This document shows, in pieces, positions 11,990 through 25,199 of a stretch of 64,000 nt of DNA. The notes under the pieces are model-generated. The model did not search any database, was not told the origin of the DNA, and worked only from the letters and a program-made list of their open reading frames with translations. Each line of letters begins with the position of its first letter. Within the stretch, counting starts at the first letter, position 1. Position numbers and translations under genes: made by a program. This DNA comes from Octopus sinensis (Eukaryota), in the NCBI RefSeq assembly GCF_006345805.1, contig NC_042999.1, positions 140,492,001 to 140,556,000 on the forward strand, written 5' to 3'.

Positions 11990-12516
11990 ACACACCCATC
12001 TATTGCTTAATTAACTTGTGTTATCTGACAGAAGCATTTTCTGATAAAAAATGTAAGAAAGAGCAATTATGCAATTTAATATGTTGGAGTTGTTTTGCTT
12101 TTAGATAAAGCTAATAGTGAGTCAAGGTAGCAGAAGCAATAGTAATTTGGATACATATGCACACATACATATATATACATATACACACACATACATATGT
12201 ACACATGTGCACACACGCACACATAAATACAAAGGTTTTGGATAGGAAATAATGCTGATTCAGGAAAGAAGGAAGAAGAGACTGGTGGAAGACTGACGTG
12301 AAGTAACATGCAAGGAAGTTTATCTGCTGCCATAGCAGTAGCAGCAAGTTTGATACAAATACAAGCACAAAGAGGAGGTGAGAGTAGAAGAAAAAAAAAA
12401 AGATAGAGAGAGAGTAAGAAATAGAGAAAAAAGGTGAGAGAACCAACATTGATGGTAGCTTTACACAGCTGTCTAAACGTGATCCTCATTAGCCTTATTA
12501 GAAAACGAAAACTTAC

Positions 12517-12721
12517 TACCGGCTGGGGGAACAACTTGGTCCAGAAGTTTTGGACTGGTTCGTTTCCAGATTTTCTTTATCACAGCTCTAAGTTCCTCAT
12601 TTGCTTGGTCTATGTTTCCCTCAGTTTTGATTTTGAGGGATGTGCGTACCAAGGCAAACAAGGTGGCATTAAACATAACTGTTCCATCACTGTTAAGTGG
12701 CATGTTCATACTGACTAAACG
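12517..12721 (-). CDS. Cav1: Cav1 exon, pre-IQ ([68 protein letters not shown])
   Basis: ttttcag|CGT ... GGT A|gtaagt, 205 nt, phase 0/1. Lies within ORF 12473..12946. Confidence 0.97.
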
Positions 12722-14270
12722 CTGAAAATAAATATAGAAAGACAAACAAATGTATAAAGAGATATAGAGATAAATGAGAAAAAAGAGAAGAGAAAAATGA
12801 GATGACATGCAGAAAAATCTCTCTTGAAATGATCTATCAAAAGTCACACTGGATGCTTGGGTTGCCAGTAGTGCCAGTATGGTTTCAATTACATCATTAA
12901 CATGATTAAAACACCTAGTTTGCTGTAGCTCACAATTTTTTAACAAGTAGGGTCACTTAGAAAGAGGAGTAACTCAACTAGTACATGGTCAGTGGCCTAG
13001 AAAGTCATGGAGGGACCAATGAATATCTGATGGCCCTCTCCCTCCAAAAACAAAACAAAAAATAAACAAAAAATCACTTCCCTTGCATTATTTTGTAAAG
13101 GTTTAAGGTAGTGAACTGGAACAATTGCTAGAATGTTGGGAAAAATGCCTGTTCCAACTCATGTTTTGATTTCAAATCTTGCAACAGTCAACTTCACCTT
13201 TAATCTTTTTGAGGTCAATAAAAGTCAAGAACTGGGATCAATGAAATTGATTAACCACCTCCTCTCAAAACTGCTGACCTCGTGCTTAAATCAGAAATTG
13301 TTATTTTACAAAGGTTAGCAAACACTTAGTTCTTCAGTTAAATTTTTGTGTCTTTTACTAGGACCTTTCTATTTTTTCAAAAAGATGAGTGGATCATTTT
13401 ATGTGAGCTTCCATTTAAAATAGTTAGGTGTGATAAGAAGGAAATTTAGTTGCTATTTCTATTTAGCAGGTGTGGTGGTCATGTAGGTACTGCCTTGTTA
13501 GCTTGTAGAGAAAGAAGTAATGGGAATTGTAGATACACATACTTTTCTCAAGTAATATATTCCATGGGTTTTGAAACTGATTATTTCTAGAAATTTTCAA
13601 CAAGTTTGCTCCTGCAATTTTCTAGTTTCAAGTAGCTTGTTCCAAGTTAGAGAAAAATGGTTTTCCAAAGAACTTTTGTATTATCCCTTTTAATGAGGTC
13701 TCCTTTTGTGTTTGTATGAGTGGGTGAATGATAAGATGTGTGTGCGTTGTTGGCAGCAATATTACAAGTAAATAATACTGATGTAATTGCAATGTATTTT
13801 ATCAGGTGTATCATTTTACCTGTAGTTAAAAAAAAACAAAACAACTGGGTGGGATTTTGGGTTTTATTATACAATATTATCTCACTGTATATATTGACAC
13901 TGATCAACACATGATTACAGTTAACCCTAGTTCTTGATGGGTGCTAGATTTTTGTCAACCCCAGAAGGACAAAAGGAAAAACTGATCTTGTAGGAGTTGA
14001 ATTTAGAACATAAGAGCAGGAACAAACACTGTAAGGTCTGCTGACCTAACAATTCTGCTAACTCATCACCTTGGTTCTACAAAAAATAAACCATCTTTAT
14101 GGACTTCTTGTTGACAATTCTTATTCATTAGATTTTGGCTGCTGAAACTGTTTTCGCAATAATACAGAACATTTTCAGTTTCTTATGTGAATGACATTCT
14201 GTACTTTATAAGCACTTTGCATCTATTCTCTAAACTTGTTCAATTTTAGATTGGAAACATATACACCAAC

Positions 14271-14367
14271 CTTACAGGCCACTCTATGAGGACACAACTT
14301 GCCAAAACCCAGTGGTGGAGATATTTTTCGCAGTAGGGTTACAACATCTAAATGTTTGATTCGGCCT
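14271..14367 (-). CDS. Cav1: Cav1 exon, EF-hand ([32 protein letters not shown])
   Basis: ttctttttcag|A GGC ... AAG|gttggt, 97 nt, phase 2/0. Confidence 0.96.
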
Positions 14368-14599
14368 CTGAAAAAGAAAAAGAAGAAAAAAATTCAAGTT
14401 AGGAAGTGGTAATGTCATGAAAGTTGGAATAAAATTTTGAAAATTTAAAACAAAGCTTCAGTGAGTCATCTACATGTATTTAGTCTAAAATTCAATTTAA
14501 AAAAAAAATAAAATACAATACACACCTTAAATTTCATTTGACCAGGCAATTTTCTAAAGTGAGAGATGTATAATTAATTCGTTAATTGTAATATACTGA

Positions 14600-15276
14600 A
14601 GCATGACCTTCGAACATTGGGTCTCACAAAGGCAATGATGAAAGACCGAGATCTCTGGAGATGTGCTGTGACAGAGGACCTGGCAAATAAAGTGAGATCA
14701 CAGCCTACACCAGTGTTGCATAGCAAGCCCACTCAAAAGTACCTTTGAATCGTAGGGTGACATGCCGTGCTTGAGGAGACCTATTGAGTCAAGTACGTCA
14801 TCAACATCAAAATCAAATCAAACTACAATCAAATGGAAATTATAGTTGTGGTTGATGCCAGTGTCACCTGACTGGCTCCCAATGCTGGTGGTATGTAAAA
14901 AGCACCATCCAAACGTGGTTGATGCCAGCCCCCTTGTTCCCACTGGCTCCTGTGCCGGTGGCACATAAAAAGCACCATCCGAACATGGCTGATGCCAGTG
15001 CTGCCTTGACTGGCTTCCGTGCTCGTGGCATGTAAAAAGCACCATCCAAATGTGGTCAATGCCAGTCCCCTCTGGTCCCTGTGCTGGTGGCATGTAAAAA
15101 GCACCTACTACACTCTTGGAGTGGTTGGCATTAGGAAAAGCATACAGCTGTAGAAACATTGCCAGATCAGATTGGAGCCTGGTGCAGCCTCCTGGCTTTC
15201 CAGACCCCTGTCAAACCGTCCAACCCATGCCAGCATGGAAAATGGATGTTAAATGATGATGAATAATGATGATGAT
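14600..15276 (+). mobile_element. RTE-like LINE 3' end, (aaatc)n, then tandem modules and a (GAT)n-tailed SINE block
   Basis: GLTKAMMKDRDLWRCAV-like RT C-terminal remnant near 14620-14670. SINE tail at 15110-15260. Confidence 0.65.
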
Positions 15277-15708
15277 TAATTTTGACAAGGCACAAGAAAG
15301 ATAAACTTTTGATGGAGAGATATGTAATTGACTTAACATCAATGTATCATTGGTACTTATTTTATTGATCATTGGTAGATTTGAACTCAAAACACTGAGG
15401 GACAGTGCTCTAAAATATAACCATATCTTAACAGATATAGCTCCCACCATCTGCCTATCTAAAAAAATGTAAATAATCTTGAATAAGATGCTGTAAAGGG
15501 GCAATAAATGCCTACCCCAATAAAAAAAACTGAAGCTATGACTCAATTTCTTTTCCCAGTTCTGTTTCGTTAACTTAGCAAATCTTGTATATATTATCAA
15601 TGACGCAACTTCCCATTTTCATATTCAATGAATATGAAGTATTATATCAGGGAAGGAAATTACAAAATTCTATAGAAAAAAATACGTAGTATGAAAAGTA
15701 TTTATTTA

Positions 15709-15837
<129 letters not shown>

Positions 15838-16793
15838 CTAGGAAAGAAAAATTACCAAAATTTGTTAATGTTTATCAGAAAGAATTATTCACATATTTCA
15901 TTATGATATGCAATACTTTATGTAATTCTAGCAAATAAATTCCTTAAAATAAGATATTTTAAGTGTTATCCATTTAAATATTATGATTAAGAGATGAAGA
16001 TGAGAATATTAATATTGATTATGAGTTATTTTCTGCATTTATAGGCATCAAACATAATAAATCTTTCTTCATATTTGACATGTCAATGGAAGTTTTTCAA
16101 AGCAATAGATGAATATTTCTAAATCCTTCACAAGTCAGGAATGGTTGTGTAGATGTAGGCTTGGCTGTGTAGTTAAGTTTGCTTTACAACTCTATGGCTC
16201 CATGTCAAATTCCATTGCATGGCACACTGACCATGGCTTTGGGTTGATCAACACCTTGCAAATGAAATTTGGCTCATGGAAACGGAGGAATTCTACCATG
16301 CACACACACACACACACACACATGTGTATGTATTTTGCCAATGCAAGTCAAAGAAAGATATACATAATGACAAAAAACCCCTGAAAAATTGGCCTATCAT
16401 GTTGTACAGACACTTGTTTGTTAATCAAGACACTGGAAATGTAGTGAACCAGTGTTTGACCTTGTTGGTAATATATAACCAACAATGTTTTTGTTCATAA
16501 AATACATGACATTAAATAGACATAATAAGATGTATAAAGAACTCCCTTTGGTTGCTTACAATCAGTGAATTTCATATGGCACAAGCCCAATTCAAACAAA
16601 ATCTATCATGAAGTCATATGCTTGTATCAAAATTGTAATCTTTGTAAGTGAATCCCAGAAACATCCACCCCAAACTACCATAATACACAACATTATTAAA
16701 TCTGCTAGTGATTTTAAAATTTCCCAATTACATTTTATTGTTGACTCACATTCTCATGCAGTATTGAACCAGAGAAAATTTTAAAATACTTAC

Positions 16794-16947
16794 CAAAAAT
16801 GAGCAGAGAATATAGAATGAAATGAAGTAAGGATATGCAAAGTTTGTACCGCAGGTGGAATTAGTTTTGACAAGTTTGTCACAAAACACATCATGGCTGT
16901 CTACACAAGAAAGCATTACTTCTTGCCACGCTTCACCTGTGGCAGAC
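16794..16947 (-). CDS. Cav1: Cav1 exon, domain IV pore glutamate (TGEAW) and IVS6 start ([51 protein letters not shown])
   Basis: ttctgttcttag|G TCT ... TTG|gtaagt, 154 nt, phase 2/0. Confidence 0.96.
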
Positions 16948-17296
16948 CTAAGAACAGAAATATAGTGTATTACTTGTAACTACATGGAACAGTTATTCTT
17001 CTTGTTATTATCATATTATAAAGAAACAACTATTATTATTTATACTTTCACATCACATCAGTTAATTTCTATGTATTTCTGTTAGTTTACTACTTTCCTA
17101 AGCTTAAACAGATCAGGGTTAGTCTTTCAAAAATTGATAAGGTCAATATCAGATGGCATATGAAAATATTGAAAGTAAGAGGTATCAAACATTGCAACCA
17201 AAAGAAAAAATATTCTTAAGAACTTGCATAATTATACCATGGGTTTAATTAAATGTATGTATATATCTATATATATATATAATTATTATTATTATT

Positions 17297-17764
17297 GAGT
17301 AAGAGAGCAGCACATGCCATCAAAGTGATACTGGGGTACAAATATACAAAGCCCAATATACCTATCATGACTACTCATCTGATAAGGGTACACCAGGTAC
17401 ATGCCACATAACCATATGTACACAACATGGTGATATCATATCAAGATAAACCATTGCATGACTTTGCAGATGGGGTGTAGTTAGAATTTTCTTCAGGTTG
17501 AGTAGCTCATACCACTCAAAAGGTCCTTGAATAAAAGTTGTTTAAGAATGTTGAATGGAACATCAAAAGTGAATTATTCAAACCCCAGAGTATTCCTCTC
17601 ACCACATGGCTATGATGCTCCCCAACTAATTCTGCTTGTGATCAGAGATGCACATATCATCATCCACTAAGGGACATGCTCAACTTATTAAGGTCAAGCA
17701 ACTGACAAACAAATCTGTGGTATTGAGCAGAATACTTGCTGTAGCCCATCTTTTATACCAAGAC
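17297..17764 (-). mobile_element. About 470-bp interspersed element embedded in a (TAA)n microsatellite
   Basis: More GC-rich block flanked on both sides by (TTA)n in the same orientation. No ORF recognised. Confidence 0.5.
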
Positions 17765-18523
17765 TATTATTATTATTATTATTATTATTAATAATAATAA
17801 TATTTAAAACAGATTGATTTGGCTCCATCCAATTTAAAGTTTTACAGACTTCTAACAAAAACCTGGTTCATTCAGGTTTAGATTACCAATTGAAGAAACA
17901 CAGGAAGTCTAAAAAGGCTACTGGGAAATGGGCTGCTATTGATCAAGGTGGGTCACATGGGGTTGTTAGCGGTGAAATTGGCATTGCAGTGATAAGGGCT
18001 GACTTGGGGCTATGATAATTTCAGTTATGTCTTTGAGATTTTGTTCCATAGTTAAGGTTTTAACAACATAACAAGAGCACTTGCTGAAACAAACAGAATA
18101 ATATTATATACATGTATATGAACATTTTGAAGATATCTCAAGTTAAGTAGGTACATTTAGGGTATTAGCCTATGAACTAAAGCTACACATTTGAGCTACA
18201 CTTCGGTGTTGGCATATTTAATGCTTTCTTGTGTAGTACCAAAAAGGAAGGATAACTCTCTGCTACAAACAGTTAGTGCTCTGTATGGCTGACAAGTATT
18301 TCCTTTGTAAATAGTGCTGAGCACAACTGCCTACATTAGACTAAAAGAGAAAAAACAATTACTGAAGTTATGGAGAAAAAAAAAACAAAAAACACCTCAA
18401 GGATTCCTCTCAGACTTATGAAAACAATCAGTTATTGAAACAATCAAATAACAATAGCACACACAGAATATATAGGAACACAATATAGTAACTTAATGAA
18501 AGTGATTACAGTGGCAAGTTTAC

Positions 18524-18615
18524 CTGAACAGTACAAGAACAGCTTGTGGAAAAGTCTGGAAATTGTTATTTCTATGAATCTCAGTTGATTCATTTAGTGC
18601 AATTCGACCAAATGT
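18524..18615 (-). CDS. Cav1: Cav1 exon, IVS5-P loop ([31 protein letters not shown])
   Basis: aaatag|ACA ... AG|gtaaac, 92 nt, phase 0/2. Confidence 0.96.
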
Positions 18616-19635
18616 CTATTTAATAGATATGGAAAAAGCACGCGCAAAAAAAAAAAAAAGAAATATATTAAAGTCATTTTCAGAAGAGACAATACAATTG
18701 TTTTTAAATGTGTTATTTTTGTGATTATTTTGATAACATCAATAACTTTAATTAAATTAATAAAATAAAAATTGAATTTTTTAAAAATATGAATTTAAAA
18801 AAAATTATTTATTAATCTGGCTATTGTCAGAGTATGAGTGGTGAATACTAAGAAACATATTTAAAAACATGAAGAACATCTGAAATCACTCAGCTATATC
18901 ATTGTCATACGAAAATGAGCCATGTTTTAGGTATGTTATAATTAACCAAAACTTTGAAACTACTTGCTTTGAATTGTAGCTTATCTCATAACTAAACCTG
19001 AGAATTTAGTGATAAATGCAACAAAAACATAGGATAGAGGCCAAAAAAAAAAAAACAAGCATTTCAGAGGTTAGAAAGAAGCCTTTAATATGCCAGGAGT
19101 ATGTTGTTCTTTAAGTGTTCTAAAAACACTTTTCTCAAACTAGTTAACCAAACTATGAGTTCTAAATAACTCGCACTATTTACAAATATAGTACACTCCC
19201 ATTTAAAGATATAATACATTTTTAAAAATCAATATTTGAATGTACCTTATATGTTATATCATCAGTCTATTATAGAAATATAATTGTATTCATCTTTAAC
19301 TCTGCTTGAATCATATCTGCAGGAACTGAGTTTTGTTGTTGAGAAAATGGAATATGAATGTCTGAACCTCATGCTTGGAAATAGTATCATTATTTTAAGA
19401 AAGAGTTGTAATGTTGGTTAAATCTAATATCACTATTTTTTAAAATTCAAGTCTGGTCTTCATATCTCCAGAATATTATCCAAATATTTTTTCAGTTTTA
19501 AACAACATTCTGTCTCTATATAACATTAATGGCATAGATCACACAAATTTGAAATAAATTGATATATTTCAAGCTTGTGAATCTCTATATGGCTATGTGG
19601 TTTGTGTATATATATATATAAAAGAAATTACTCAC

Positions 19636-19701
19636 CTGCATACCAATGACTGCATAGATAAAGAACAACATGACAATTAACAGAGCGACATATGGCAGAG
19701 C
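19636..19701 (-). CDS. Cav1: Cav1 exon, IVS5 (ALPYVALLIVMLFFIYAVIGMQ)
   Basis: ttttcacag|GCT ... CAG|gtgagt, 66 nt, phase 0/0. Confidence 0.97.
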
Positions 19702-21152
19702 CTGTGAAAAGACAAAGTGAAATCAAATAACAATAATGATTAAATTCTAAAAGGAGTCTTTATCAACAATTAAGTCATTATTTTTAATGAATAACTGAAT
19801 ACACACACACACCATCATCATCAGCACCGTCATTTAACATCTATTTTCCATGCTGATATGGTTTCTATGGCTGCATGTCTTTCTTAACTTCAACCACCTT
19901 ACAAAATGCACTGAATGCTTTTTTATTCATGACACTGGTACTAGTGAAGTCTCTGAGTAACTTGACTTGCAAGACAAAGAAAAAGAAGTCCCTCAAATGA
20001 GTGGGGTTGCATGAAGCCACCTCCCCTTCTTCGCAAATGACAGATGGATGTTTAAGGAAGTAGTTCCTGTGAGAGGAATAGGTAAATAGCAGCACAAAGA
20101 GAATAAATATGGGCTGATTGTGCAGTGATATAATTACAACAACTAAATAGTACCATTACTAGAATGATGATGGAGATGGAAAGAGCTTAAAAGGGACAAA
20201 TTGGGTGTAGTGAGAGTACAGACAAACATAAAACTTTTAGGACTTCAATTTCATTATGATGGATGGACCTCATTAAGAGATATGCTCAGATCTGTAAGGC
20301 TGAAGTTGGGAACGAGGGGTGGTTAGACCGTCTCTGTTGAAAAGTATGGATTATCATACCTCTTATGTAACCCATAATTTCCATATATATATATATATAT
20401 ATGGAAAATTGGAAGTTAAAATAACGATAATAATGATTTCACACACATACACAAACATGTATGTTATATATTCTCTTACTCTTTTAATAACTAATTTGAG
20501 AAATTGGACTATGGCTATGCTGAGACACTATTTTCAAGAGTTTTACTTCATTATATTGATCCAATACTTATTCAGTCTAGTACTTATTTTATAGATATAA
20601 TAATATGTTACATTTTTGAAATAAAGAGGTGCAACTCAACACACTGGTAAACATACTATACATTTAGGCAACTGTGTAAGTGGTGTTAAGTCATAGATTA
20701 GATATGAAGAATTTAAGACGGTTTTGTTATATGTTAAAAGCAAAACAGACATCAACTGTGATGGCTTTATCAGGAATAGCCTTACTTATAGAGCCATCTT
20801 GGTTGAGAAGTTGTCTGTATGAGGACTCTTCAGAGTTAGAGATCATTTTGGCAAGGTAAAACTGAAACTAATTAGCTGATTTTAAGCACTAAAAGGTTTG
20901 AGGCAGTATTATACAGTAGGGATGTAAAGTGGGTTGTCTTGATCAGATGGTCCAACGAAAAAGCAATGACAAATGAGTGAAAACTGGGTTTGGTGGTAAG
21001 ACAAAATTCAAGAATGAAGCACGCTATAACAATAAGAGATACAGAGGATGATAAAAGATATTTGTCTCTACAGGTATTTCAATATCATGACGTACACACT
21101 CTGTAGCTATAGTGTTTTTGTTCTTTCCACGTAGAATCATGTACCCACTAAG

Positions 21153-21484
21153 TGGCTCCCGTGCCAGTGGCACGTAAAAGTACCATCCAAACATAGTCAA
21201 TGCCAGTACCCCTTGACTGGCCCCTGTGCTGGTGGCACAGAAAAAGCACTATCTGAATGTAATTGATGCCAGGCTCATCTGACCGGCTCCTGTGCTGGTG
21301 GTATGTAAAAAGCACCCACTATACTCTCGGAGTGGTTGGCGTTAGGAATGGCGTCCAGCCATAGAAACATTGCCAGATCAGATTGGAGCCTCGTGCAGCC
21401 ACTGGCTCTCCAGACCTCAGTCAAACCGTCCAACCCATGCCAGCAGGGAAAACGGATGTTAAATGATGATGATGATGATGATGA
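21153..21484 (+). mobile_element. (GAT)n-tailed SINE with tandem modules
   Basis: Same family as 1371-2524. Confidence 0.85.
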
Positions 21485-23072
21485 ACTTTAGTAAAATAGA
21501 AATGACTGAACAGAACTGGACAATTAACACCTAAATAATTAGTTTAAATTCTTTGTAAGCATTATATTATGTAATTAGGAAATAAACTTCTTTTAATGTG
21601 CCTTAGTGTTTTTATGCCACTGAAGAAAGTTATTTGAGATAAGCATAAACTTTTAAAAGCCTTCAGGACACAGAACACATTTACTATAATCTACAGGAAA
21701 AACTTCCAAGATATTACAATGTGATATAGAATCTCTTTTGAATTGTTAGTTATAGTCACTCCATGCATATTTGTCTCACAGTATATACAATGAGACATTG
21801 CAGTATAATCTTTTTTTATGGATCTAATACAGATAAGAGAAGGTTAATCACAAGTAATAAGGATTCCATTAAACTAAAATACCAAACACATCCAGATACA
21901 TCCTCCAGTAAGATTTCTAAAGGTTATTCCAAAACTTGATAGCAAATAACAAAATTCCTGTTTGTATGTCCACTGTTTGGTATAAAAAATATTCTTTACA
22001 GGAGTCCATAAGAAAAGTCAAAGGGAATTGATTTTGACTGGTACCTTAGCCATAATAAACTAAAATGTTTATGTTTAAAAATATATTTGTACAGACAGAA
22101 AAAAAAAAAACCAAGAGTGAATCAGCTTTTAAGGGAATAATAATTTCTTACATTGGCATAAGACTATTTGTTTGAGGAAGGAATATTGTCAATTAAATTA
22201 ACTTCAATTTTTCACCTTGCAATAATTAACAGAAGTAATAATTAATAACTAAAAAACAAATATCTACTTTCATTGTGCAAGAATTTAGAAACATTAGAAG
22301 TTACGTAAGGGATAGAAATGTTAGAGTGCTGAGTTAAATGCTTTTCAGGGTTTCATTTTATCCCTTTGTATTCTAAGTTCAAATCCTACTAGAGTGAACT
22401 TAATCTAAAGATGGGAAACCTTTACATATTGGAATGCAACATCTAAGTTAACTGACATCTGACAAAAACACATTTTAACTAAACAAATATTTTACTAAAC
22501 CTATTATTTTATAAATTATAATTTTGCAAAAGAAAAAAATATCTGTAAGAAAGTGTAAAAACAGAAAAGTTTTGGAGTAAGCACCTCTTTTAGCTTACAA
22601 ATTTGCTTTTAAGAAAATTTTTCACATTTCTATATTTGAAATATGTTTGTAATTACTTTAAACAATTAGTTATAAGTATAGATAATGAAATATAAATAGG
22701 CATTGGTAAATTTTGCAATCAGTAGAAAAGATAGACTTAAATTAGCAAAAACATATTTTAGTATAATGGTTTTCCCTCAATTGTACTTCTTTCAGAAAGC
22801 TGTACAAAGCTGTAAGTTCCCAACTTCTGATTTAGTCTTGCATTTCTTCAAAACCAATAAAATAAATGCAGGCTTTTACTGGAGTTTTCTTAGTAAGATT
22901 TGTGATTTTAACAATTGTAAGCAATCAATGTTTTAGTGCTACTGAAAAGCAATAATTATGTGTTATATAACAAACAAATAACATTGACAAATGCTTTTAA
23001 TTACAAGGCAGATAACACCACTATCCACTAACTGCAGTGTTGTATGTGAGTGTATATATATATATATAATAT

Positions 23073-23115
<43 letters not shown>

Positions 23116-23180
23116 TATATATATATAAAACTTAGCATGGTTTTAAATATTTATCAGAAGAGAAAGAATAGATATTATAC

Positions 23181-23303
23181 CTGGAATGACTTGATGAAGG
23201 TCCAGAGCAGAGTACGGATGCCCTCTCCTCGGCTCAATAGTTTAACTAACCTCATAACACGGAATAGACGGAAGAAATTGATACTGATGATTGGAGAGCC
23301 TGG
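23181..23303 (-). CDS. Cav1: Cav1 alpha1 exon, domain IV S4 voltage sensor and S4-S5 linker ([41 protein letters not shown])
   Basis: ttttacag|CCA ... CAG|gtataa, 123 nt, phase 0/0. Near-identical to L-type channel IVS4. Confidence 0.97.
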
Positions 23304-24294
23304 CTGTAAAACAGATATACACATATTTATGTAAGAAACAGAAATCATTTTGATATTGCAAAATATGAAAAACTATCTCAAGAAACATCTAAAGTAATAC
23401 ACGTCTCTCTCTCTCTCTCTCCCTCCCTCTAATGTATGAGTGGTGTGTGTGTGTGTGTGTGTATGTGTGAGAGAGATTTATTTATACATTTTCAGTTTGG
23501 ATAAGTTTGAAAGTCAAGGAGAGAAAAGAAATCTGAAGTTTTAGGATTGACCCTTCATCTTGGTGAGAGAAATGTAATACAAAATATTATTTTCTCTGTA
23601 ATTTATACTGATGTAACCATTGCCAATTTTCTTGTACTCTGTTTCTTAAATTTTATGTGCTTGTCTGTGTGTGTGTATATATACATACACACACAGCCAT
23701 ACTGACATACATAATAATGCTTCTTTTTTTTTGTTGAGCTTGGGTTGTTCAATGATTCAGATTTCTAAGCACACCAAGCCTTATATATATATGTATTTAG
23801 CTATATCTTTATGGTGTTTATGAGTATATGCAAAAGCCATGAGTGCTCTAAATCCTTTACTGATTAATGTCACAAAAGTCTTTTTCTGTGTGTGTGTGTG
23901 TGTGTGTGTGAGTGTGTATGTGCAGAGACACATGGTTGTATGAAACTGAAGCAATTTCTAACAAATTGTATTATTTTTCTATTACATTCAAACAAAAAGG
24001 TAACCAATGAAAATTAAGAAAAATAAATACCAAAAAATATTGCACAATGTCATATTGTCACACAATTCAGTTCACAAAACCAATTTAAAATAATGTAAAT
24101 TTTAATTTTATTTCAATAAACAAATTATAATGTAGATTAAATTAAAAGCATTTCAAAGAATTATATTTAAGAATGTTACACTTCTTAACTCAGATGACCT
24201 TTTAATTATCAAACAAAATTGAAAAAGAAAGACATGTTTACTCTTCTTTTATATTGATAGTAGTATATAAATTATAATGCTATTGAGAAATGTA

Positions 24295-24486
24295 TCATAT
24301 ATATATGTATGTATGCATGTATATATATGTATACATATATGTAAATATATATATATGTATACATATATATATATGTATACACATATATATATATATATAC
24401 ATATATATATATGTATACACATATATATATATATACATATATATATACACACACACATATATATATACACATACATATATATATAC

Positions 24487-24520
<34 letters not shown>

Positions 24521-24900
24521 ATACATACATACATATATACATACATATATATATATACATACATATATATATACATATATATGTATACATATATATATAT
24601 GTATACATATGTACATGTATACATATATACATGTATACATATATATATGTATACATATATATATGTATACAAATATATATGTATACAAATATATATGTAT
24701 ACATATATATATGTATACATATATATATGTATACAAATATATATGTATACATATATATATGTATACAAATATATATGTATACAAATATATATGTATACAT
24801 ATATATATGTATACATATATATATGTATACAAATATATATGTATACATATATATATATGTATACATATATATATGCATGTATACACATATGTATATATAT
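24295..24900. repeat. Compound (TA)/(TAC) microsatellite with 14-16 bp higher-order units
   Basis: Repeated atatatatgtatacaa/atatatatgtatacat units. Confidence 0.95.
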
Positions 24901-24905
24901 GACCT

Positions 24906-25199
24906 GTGGAGGCACAATGGCCTAGTGGTTAGGGCAGCGGACTCACGGTTGTAGGATCGCGGTTTCGATTCCCAGACCGGGCGTTGTGAGTGTTTATTGA
25001 GCGAAAACACCTAAAGCACCACGAGGCTCCGGCAGGGGGTGGTGGCGATCCCTGCTGTACTCTTTCGCTACAACTTTCTCTCACTCTTTCTTCTGTTGGC
25101 CTGGTCGCTTAGCCAGCGGGATGGCGTCATTTGAAGCACATTGTGACCAGCGATGTGTAACAACATCTGATGGCCTGGTCGGTCATGGTGATCACGGTG
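24906..25199 (+). mobile_element. tRNA-derived SINE with a 13-bp TSD
   Basis: A box tggcctagtgg, B box ggtttcgattcc. TSD atatatatgacct at 24893-24905 and 25200-25212. Confidence 0.9.

Noticed and set aside
24906-24985. tRNA gene
   Set aside because: A/B boxes are present but there is no proper cloverleaf. It continues into a SINE body and has a TSD.
24249-25010. Long Y/I/C/H-rich ORFs here and at 44622-46562, 50578-51144 and similar sites
   Set aside because: Translations of (TA)n/(CA)n microsatellites that are open in most frames.
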